Shown here: positions 62,799 to 64,000 of the stretch, piece after piece
Position numbering within the stretch: the first letter of the stretch is position 1
How the letters are laid out: the number at the start of each line of letters is the position of its first letter
NCBI GenBank assembly: GCA_050251945.1
Contig: JBFWLW010000002.1
Span: forward strand, 1-64,000
Origin: Deferribacterales bacterium
GTDB lineage: Bacteria; Chrysiogenota; Deferribacteres; Deferribacterales; Geovibrionaceae
Direction of reading: 5' to 3'
DNA: 64,000 nucleotides
The notes under the pieces: generated by a model
The model's input: only the letters and a program-made list of their open reading frames with translations
What the model was told of the DNA's origin: nothing
Database searches by the model: none
Position numbers and translations under genes: made by a program

Positions 62799-63071
62799 TT
62801 ACGCCGATTTTTTGCCCAGAACTATCCACTTGCCCTCTTCTTCGTCAAAGTCCTCAACAACTTCGAGTTCCTGTGCGCGGAAGCCGAGTTTTTTGTTTAT
62901 ATCAAGGAAATGAACCACATATACAGGCTCGAAGTGGAATTCTGTTATCTCGCAGATGAATCCTTCCATTCCTTCATAGGCGACTGGGGTGCCTCTTTTG
63001 CATCCGGCACATGTGCCGTCGTTTCTTATCATTTTTGTTACCAGAACTTTCTGATTGACTTTAAGTTCCAT
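62799..63071 (-). CDS. nifZ: NifZ family protein
   Basis: IRNDGT..G..G.EG..YVVHF..LGFR..EL. Confidence 0.85.
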   Translation of the reverse strand: MELKVNQKVLVTKMIRNDGTCAGCKRGTPVAYEGMEGFICEITEFHFEPVYVVHFLDINKKLGFRAQELEVVEDFDEEEGKWIVLGKKSA

Positions 63072-63128
63072 ATCTCACCTCTGAAAAAGAAAAGCCCCTC
63101 CCCGAAAAAGGGAGGGGACATGTTGTTG

Positions 63129-63392
63129 TTACGCTTCTACAGGTGCGTGTGTGAAGCAGCTTTTGGGGCAGGCCTTTGAGCAGGCTTCACAGCCTATGCA
63201 CGCGCCATCATCCACTATTGTCATATAGGTTTTTTCGCAGTCTTCGTCTTCGTATTCTTCAAGTGCGAGGCAGGCGTATGCACACGCTTTAAAGCAGCGT
63301 CCGCAAGCAATGCAGGATTCCTTGTTGAGTTCCATGATAAACTTGGGAGTCCAATCTTTTCCGTTTTTTCTTGTTCCAGTAATGAATGCCAT
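63129..63392 (-). CDS. fdxB: nif-specific ferredoxin III (FdxB-like)
   Basis: WTPKF..CIACGRCFKAC..CIGCEACSKACPKSCFTH. Confidence 0.88.
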   Translation of the reverse strand: MAFITGTRKNGKDWTPKFIMELNKESCIACGRCFKACAYACLALEEYEDEDCEKTYMTIVDDGACIGCEACSKACPKSCFTHAPVEA

Positions 63393-63437
63393 TTATAACC
63401 CTCCTTTGGCGGTTGTTAGTAGTGACACTGCTTAGCA

Positions 63438-63453
63438 AGCAATCTCTGTGCCG
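63438..63453 (-). promoter_or_regulatory. sigma54 promoter of fdxB-nifZ
   Basis: CGGCAC-AGAGA-TTGCT. Confidence 0.8.
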
Positions 63454-63604
63454 TTTAGAAAATGCTCCTGATACCGCCGTTAAACCAGAATAAAACAAAC
63501 CACATGACTTTTTTCTGAATACTTTTTACTCTGCCGCTGTCTATTTTTTAACCACTTTTTAATATTTACTTCTCTGCAACCCTTATCGTTCGCAAGGTAT
63601 TGCG

Positions 63605-63620
63605 TGGCACATATATTGCT
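63605..63620 (+). promoter_or_regulatory. sigma54 promoter of the nifA-like gene
   Basis: TGGCAC-ATATA-TTGCT. Confidence 0.8.
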
Positions 63621-63631
63621 CGCATTTATGT

Positions 63632-64000
63632 ATGAAATACCTCAACTATTTTAAGACCGCTCTTAACAGTATCTATGAGATAAGCGTTATTCTGAACAGT
63701 TCGACCAACAGAAGACACGCTCTTTACGGTGTTGTGAAACAGATGCAGAACACACTTTCGGTGGAACGCGCGTTCATACTTCTGCACGACCAGCACACGC
63801 ATAGGCTCATGCTCGAGGCGTCGGCAGGACTGGACGAGACAACAGCGGCGTCGGTCTCTTTTCAAAGCGACGAGGGCATGGTGGGCAAGGTATTTCGTCT
63901 GGGGGTACCCATCCTCATTCCGGATATTGAGCGGGAACCGCAGTTTCTGAACAAGCTCAAGCGTCCTCCAGCGTCTGAGCAAACTTCTTTTATTGCGGTT
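63632..64000 (+). CDS. nifA: NifA-like activator, N-terminal GAF domain (truncated by window end)
   Basis: My translation MKYLNYFKTALNSIYEISVIL..EGMVGKVFRLGVPILIPDIEREPQFLNK..SFIAV matches NifA GAF motifs; not in the ORF track because it is open-ended; AAA+ domain not visible. Confidence 0.75.
   Translation, partial: MKYLNYFKTALNSIYEISVILNSSTNRRHALYGVVKQMQNTLSVERAFILLHDQHTHRLMLEASAGLDETTAASVSFQSDEGMVGKVFRLGVPILIPDIEREPQFLNKLKRPPASEQTSFIAV

Overview
64-kb bacterial chromosome segment from an anaerobic diazotroph, roughly 45-50% GC by eye. A Deferribacterota/Geovibrionaceae-like origin is my inference from protein style and gene mix, not a database result. Left part: tRNA-Pro(CGG), a sigma54-controlled multiheme cytochrome c with its two-component system, housekeeping genes (rpmB, trmB, nfeD, ybeD, psd/pssA, leuA, yebC-ruvC-ruvA), chemoreceptors, a B12 riboswitch-cbiK-cobA unit and a large STAND/TPR/BTAD regulator. 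Middle: an aminoethylphosphonate uptake/degradation operon with a PhnX-PbfA-like fusion, divergent nifV/nifB, typA, orphan kinases, an EF-hand protein with a BaeSR-like pair, and MarR-ferredoxin. Right: a Mo-nitrogenase cluster (nifHDK-nifT-nifENX-DUF269), a DraT / DraG-macrodomain module, nifZ, nif ferredoxin and the 5' part of a nifA-like gene. Intergenic regions carry a family of ~140-220 bp MITE-like cassettes flanked by duplicated terminator hairpins and loaded with covarying REP-like stem-loops. Best leads: the macrodomain coupled to DraG, the PhnX-PbfA fusion, the terminator-duplicating cassettes, a probably leaderless sigma54-driven nifA, a candidate sRNA beside the STAND/BTAD regulator, Cys-rich inserts in two kinases, and a CX8CH site in the cytochrome. 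All calls are by eye; no searches were run.
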